A DNA stretch of 64,000 nt from Dimorphilus gyrociliatus (Eukaryota > Animalia > Annelida). Made by a program: the position numbers and the translations under genes. The stretch is taken from the NCBI GenBank assembly GCA_904063045.1, contig CAJFCJ010000067.1, positions 22,391 to 86,390 of the forward strand. The letters are read 5' to 3'. The notes below the pieces were generated by a model. It searched no databases and had not been told where the DNA came from. It saw only the letters and a list, made by a program, of their open reading frames with translations. This document shows positions 58,390 to 64,000 of the stretch, piece after piece; within the stretch, counting starts at the first letter, position 1; each line of letters opens with the position of its first letter.

Positions 58390-58407
58390 ATCCTGCCAAC
58401 TGCACCA
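58390..58407 (-). promoter_or_regulatory. Primer-binding site TGGTGCAGTTGGCAGGAT (tRNA-Ser type)
   Basis: 4 nt after the LTR end; complementary, allowing G:U pairs, to a tRNA-Ser-like 3' end ATCCTGCCGACTGCGCCA. Confidence 0.8.
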
Positions 58408-58411
58408 AATT

Positions 58412-59046
58412 TGAACTGCTCTTGCTGGCAAAATTTATGCATTTGCAAGTTATAACAATACTGGTTCTACTCGAACCTTTAAACAAATGTTTAAATTAAA
58501 ACTGTTTATTTGCAATAATAATACTTAAGCAAGTAACAATATGAGAGTTCAATAGCAGAGTAGATAGTTTGTAATAGCAGGTTGCCAAATTACCAAACTG
58601 TCTTCCAATGTTGAGGAGTAGATGGATGGTTCCAGTGGAGGTTGTTTCCAGATGATTTTCCCAGGTCCTTGGGTCCAGATGGAAGCTGCATGCCAAATGA
58701 GAATAATGAGGATTTATATACTTTGAGGTTTGTCTCTGACATCCAATCATCACTTTACAGTTGCCGAAATGTGTAGTTCATATTTATCTTTAGTAACAGG
58801 ATGTTACAAGGTTCAACATTTAGGAAGGTTAATTGAATTATAACTTGGCCACACCCTAGGCAAGTTAATTAAATTATAACTTGGCCAAACCTTTATTGGT
58901 AATTAAAGATGAACCTTCAAGCTGACTGATCAGACTTATGTTTGGCCAATGTTATAGCATTTTCTTGCGTAGGTTTTAAGATGTACATGTATATGTTGCA
59001 TAAAATAATAGAGTTCAAGCATGTAAAATATAACCAAAGTTGTACA
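58412..59046 (-). repeat. G2 5' LTR
   Basis: 635 bp, followed by PBS and gag. Confidence 0.95.
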
Positions 59047-59233
59047 CCAGTGTACTGTTTAAATTCTTTTGTAACAGTTACAGCTAATTTACTCCCTTTG
59101 TAATAAATTTGAATACCAACACTTTTCTTTGATGTTTTGATATAAGCAAAATCAAATTTAAGTTCTTTAAAATCAGTCCAAAGAAACTTTTGTTCATTGA
59201 CAAAAATAAATCATTCATCAATGATGATTGTAC

Positions 59234-59867
59234 TGTACTGCTCTTGCTGGCAAAATCTATGCGTTTGCAAGTTATAACAATACTGGTTCTACTCGAACCT
59301 TTAAACAAATGTTTAAATTAAAATGGTTTATTCGCAATAATAATACTTAAGCAAGTAACAATATGAGAGTTCAATAGCAGAGTAGATAGTTTGTAATAGC
59401 AGGTTGCCAAATTACCAAACTGTCTTCCAATGTTGAGGAGTAGATGGATGGTTCCAGTGGAGGTTGTTTCCAGATGATTTTCCCAGGTCCTTGGGTCCAG
59501 ATGGAAGCTGCATGCCAAATGAGAATAATGAGGATTTATATACTTTGAGGTTTGTCTCTGACATCCAATCATCACTTTACAGTTGCCGAAATGTGTAGTT
59601 CATATTTATCTTTAGTAACAGGATGTTACAAGGTTCAACATTTAGGAAGGTTAATTGAATTATAACTTGGCCACACCCTAGGCAAGTTAATTAAATTATA
59701 ACTTGGCCAAACCTTTATTGGTAATTAAAGATGACCTTCAAGCTGACTAATCAGACTTATGTTTGGCCAATGTTATAGCATTTTCTTGCGTAGGTTTTAA
59801 GATGTACATGTATATGTTGCATAAAATAATAGAGTTCAAGCATGTAAAATATAACCAAAGTTGTACA
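59234..59867 (-). repeat. G2 3' LTR of copy B
   Basis: 634 bp, directly preceded on the minus strand by a polypurine tract. Confidence 0.95.
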
Positions 59868-59868
59868 A

Positions 59869-59880
59869 CTTCCCCCTTCT
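59869..59880 (-). promoter_or_regulatory. Polypurine tract AGAAGGGGGAAG
   Basis: One base from the LTR start TGTACA. Confidence 0.9.
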
Positions 59881-59898
59881 TTGTGAAGATGAGTCCCT

Positions 59899-62318
59899 TC
59901 ATCTTGATTTAATGAGAATTACAGGTGGTTGTTCTTCTTCATTAGTTTGATGTTGACTAAAGCTACAACTTTGTTTCATTAGTTTTGGGTTTTCAGGAGA
60001 GTTATCTGTGCTCTCACTTGGGGTAGCAATTTCTTCTCTTTGTTTTCTTCTTCCAATAATATAGTTGAAAATGATGATACATACCATTGACACTACAATA
60101 CTCAAACAAATATTTCGTATGATAACATAAAGTGTTTTCCCAGGTTTATAGTACCAACTATGGAAAAACTTTTTAATTCCAGATAAATTGGGTACAATGC
60201 CATTTTTCTCTGCAACAGTGACCATGTTATCATACCTTGCCTGCTTCTGTTCCAGTGAACTGATAACTTGCTTAATTTTTGAGTGCTGGTATGCAATATC
60301 CTTCTTTACCCCATGGTGGAGTAGATCAGCTAATCTGGCAATTTCAATTTTTGGTTCAGAAAGGTGATTGTGGATATGTAACTGCATGGATTTTGCAGAC
60401 ACAGTGTGAAATCTGCATCCTCTTTCTGAATAATACACATACGTTTTGTCTTTCATTGGTTGGTTTCTTATAGGATTTAATGGGTTGTGAGTTGTTTTGT
60501 AGAATAACTTGTTAGACTTACACTCATTATAGGTAATCTCTTCAGGATTGACTTGCTGTAAAACATGAGTAACTGGTTCTACTTGGAAAAGCAGGTTGTT
60601 CATGGTGACAAGTAAAAATTGAGAACATTTGTTATTCTTTTTTATCATGCTTAAGTCACAAACTACTTCTGTTGAGGCTATTGGTGAACATTGTTTAATT
60701 ATAGCTAATTCTCCCATCTGACTACTGTGCATTCCCAACTCATTTGTTAACACTGTGGTCAATTGAGGATCCAAATTTGCTAGTAATGCCATCATTCTGC
60801 TTCTTTGAACAAATTGATTGCAGAGAAGACTTGACAGCTGTTGGGTAAACTTTTTTAAATTCTTAAAATTTGAATCAATACCATGTAGTAAGGTAGATGT
60901 TTGGGCAGCTTCTCTCATTTCCAATGGGAATTTGTGGTATGGGTTTTTACTTATCTTATGTTTCAGTTTTGCTTCCTTCTTCATCTGCTTTTTAGCCATT
61001 CTCATGTGTAGAGTAAAATAAATTCCTTCATAGGTAATCTTAATTCTCTGGCTGGTGGTCCTTTATACCATATGCCCAATGTTGGTAATACCTTCTTTTT
61101 GATTCTTTTCTCACTGTATACATATTTTGAAATCGTGACAGATTGTCTTGTTGCCCTTGTCCAATTGACTGCTTGCAGCATTTCTTGGATATAATAGTTA
61201 TCCAGCTCCCAGTAAGATGGACTAATGGGTTGTTGTAGATGATATATCACAACTTCCTTGAGTGTGCCTTTATTTCTCATTAGTTTATACTTTGTGTTTG
61301 TTTCTCTGTACCATTGGTTAAGACTTGGTAAGGGGTTGTTTCGCTTGTATAGTATAATTTGTTCTTTAACTTTATTGGGATAGTTTAATAGTCGTTTTTC
61401 TTCATTTTTGCCAATCTTCTGATATTGTAGCAAATTGTATAGGTGTTCCTTGCTTGTTTCCTGTATTAAACTCTGTTCCTCCAGTGGTACTAGTACTTTT
61501 GTTCCAGGACCACCAATTCCATCAATAAACTTATCTTGATAAGGGATGTCCAGAATAGAATACCCTGGACAAGAATAGTGACCAGCAAATTTGATACAAC
61601 TAATTCTGTTGCTAATTTTTATCCATGGTGATTGTTGCCCAAGTGTGTAATTATTCTTGAGGTTCCTAAAGACAATAATTGCCTCTTCTGTTTCACAATA
61701 GGACTGCCCTGGTAAACAATCTTCCAGGTAGTCCAGATTAGTTGTAATTTTCATATTAGGAGGTTGCCAATATGCTTTGCCAAACTGGATAATTGTGGTG
61801 TATTCCAGCACCTTGGTCGTTGTTGGCCATGTGTAGGCAGCAGGAAACTGATCTTGGTGGATCCAAGTGTTTCTTTTCACCATTAAAGGTTTTCCTTGAA
61901 AAGATCGTTTGTCTTTTATCATCTGTCTGCATTGATCATGAGTTACTTTGATAACTGAGTTAACAATCCTCCTCTTCTTTGCTCCAAAGAAATAGTAAGT
62001 GTAAAAATTAGTTCTTAGATACACTTGACATTTTACTGCTCTTGTTTCAATTTCTTCCAAGTTCAATTCATAGATATCAGCTGTAATTGTCTTGGTTTCT
62101 TGTGATTCTATATTACAAGTTGGCTCATCTGCTAGATCAAATGCCTGGCTTGGTAGTTGGTTAGAACAAAAGTATAACGGTGGTTTAAATGTTAAGGTAA
62201 TGTTTGCACTTGTAACATGGGCACCTTGGTAGGATGGTTTTGGGACTGTTATTGAGTGGATGCAGCCACAGATCACCATTACAGTCATCACTAGTGGAAG
62301 CCACAACATCTGTTTCAT
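59899..62318 (-). CDS. Envelope glycoprotein, ~800 aa, class III fusion-protein-like (one frameshift at ~61010)
   Basis: Signal-like MKQMLWLPLVMTVMVICG; Cys-rich ectodomain; KCQVYLRTNFYTYYFFGAK...VTHDQCRQMI; C-terminal TM VIIRNICLSIVVSMVCIIIFNYII followed by GRRKQR. Confidence 0.8.
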
Positions 62319-64000
62319 GTTAGCTCTTCCTGTGTTGGCTATAGTTGAATGGTTGAAAATTTTGTGTTGTTGTTCCACTCTGATAGTTATTCCATCTTCT
62401 AACTCTATATATTGTGGTTCCACTTCTTGTTGGGAATCTAATTGTTCAGAGATGATTTTAGTCTCATCTAAAAATATGACTGACTCATTGTCTGTGTCAC
62501 TTGTATTTTCTTTCTCATCTTGGGATGAATCTACCACTATGAGGGACTCATTATCCGAATGGGTTATGTCAATAATTTCACCTTCAATAATTATTGACTC
62601 ATTATCCGAATGGGTTATATCAATAATTTGCTTTCAATAATTATTGACTCATCGTCTGAACTAGGTATTTCATCTTCTCTATCAGAGATAATGTTTGCCT
62701 CTGAATCTGTATTTTGATCCAGTTCATTATTTGTTTCTGTGTCATCACTTTCAGATGAGCTTGAAGGTTCATTGAGACTGTAATTACTGTCTGTTTTGAA
62801 AGTATTGCTTGTGTCATAACCAGTATCAGAATTAGTAACTTCCATCTCTGAGTCATCACTATCTGAACTTTCTGATGAAGAGTCATGCTGTCCCATCATG
62901 GCTATAGTGACTTTGTTTAGTTGAGGTTGCCTTATTCTTTCAGCCAGGTTCCCTTTCCTTCTATCAAATTTGAGAGAACACTGTTTAGCTTCAAAATTGA
63001 GGTTTGCTCCCACAGTTTGTAGGAAATCACAACCAAGTATTATTGCTATGTCTAGATTTTCCATAACTATAAATTCTTGTTCCATACTTTCTCCAGCAAA
63101 TTGGATATTCAGCTTTACGCTTCCTTTTTGCTTTAAAGCTTTCCCATCAGCTGAAGTTATAATTGGTAAGCCAATTGTTTCTTTATCCATAATTGTAACA
63201 TCCATTAACTTGATTTCTTTTTCAGTAATAAAGGATCTCAATGCTCCTGTGTCACACAGGGCAATGACTTCTTGGCCTTTTTGATTCTTCAAACGGAATT
63301 GGAAGTCATTTCTTCCTTCTACCTGAGAAAGATATTGGAGGTGTGTTATTTCCTTCTCCACAAGGTGAAAGATTGTTGTTGCTTCTTTCCCTGTTTCCAA
63401 CTTATTAGATTCATTGGCTAGTCTTAATCTGCTACCATGTACCAACTTGCATGTATTATCATCCATTTGTATTTCATATATCCACTTTTGATGATTGACT
63501 TTTGTTATTCGGTATGGCCTAACCATTTTAAAGAAGGGATTTTTGTTATTGCAATTCTTGCAGCATCATTTCTTAAGAATACTTCATCATCAACCTCAAA
63601 ATATTTTGGAAGATTGAGATTTCTATTCTTTCTTTCCCTATATTGTTCTTTTGCCATGATGGATTTACAGAAGGCTGTAGCTCTTAACTGTACTAATTGC
63701 TGCTGGTGATTGAATACAAATAGTACATTTGTTTCAGGAGAGGTAGTATGCATTGTTACATCAATCAGTGTTCTTGTGCTGGTGCCAAAAAGAAGTTCCT
63801 GGGGTGTAGTCTTGTACTTCCTACAGGTGATTGATTCAAAAATGCTTGAATCAAGGGTAGGTTTGCAACCCAGTTATGCTGATTTTCTTCCACCATAATT
63901 TATTGATTTCCTTCCTCACTTCTCTATTTCTTCGTTCAACTAGTCCATTGCTCTGGCTTTTAAGCTGTTGTTTGGATTTCTCAATACTAATACCTCATAA

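Larger units (their letters stand above)
59234..64000 (-). mobile_element. G2 env-bearing Gypsy copy B (IN-PR2-spacer-env-PPT-3' LTR), runs off the window
   Basis: Near-identical to 50093-53500; differences are mostly 1-bp indels. Confidence 0.95.

Overview
AT-rich animal genomic DNA with very short introns (52-61 bp). The gene families (C1q, PAN, ADAMTS-like, LRR) suggest a compact invertebrate genome, possibly lophotrochozoan; the taxon is inference only. The window is a nest of transposable elements. (i) Two Ty3/Gypsy families with tRNA-Ser-type PBS: G1 (935-bp LTR, 5-bp TSD) and G2 (635-bp LTR, 4-bp TSD). G2 and a G1-related copy carry an envelope that looks like a class III fusion protein, and both families have acidic spacers built from SUMO-interacting-motif-like repeats. 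(ii) In G2 a second, G1-like aspartic protease plus spacer sits in frame between integrase and env. (iii) A Neptune-like Penelope element truncated against TTAGGG-like repeats. (iv) An intact PHD-FLYWCH-MULE transposon with a 9-bp TSD, three MULE relics and Tc1 relics. Larger-scale structures are a 6189-bp tandem duplication (1-9972), a 5.3-kb-arm palindrome (36013-48775) and a 682-N gap. Host genes include an intact two-exon prepro-peptide gene that looks like an antimicrobial or toxin precursor (one copy per palindrome arm). Disrupted host genes are an ADAMTS-like gene, a CBM14-TSP1-C1q gene, an LRR gene, and PAN and GPCR fragments. Many frameshifts fall in short homopolymer runs and may be sequencing errors. 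No tRNA, rRNA or CRISPR was seen.
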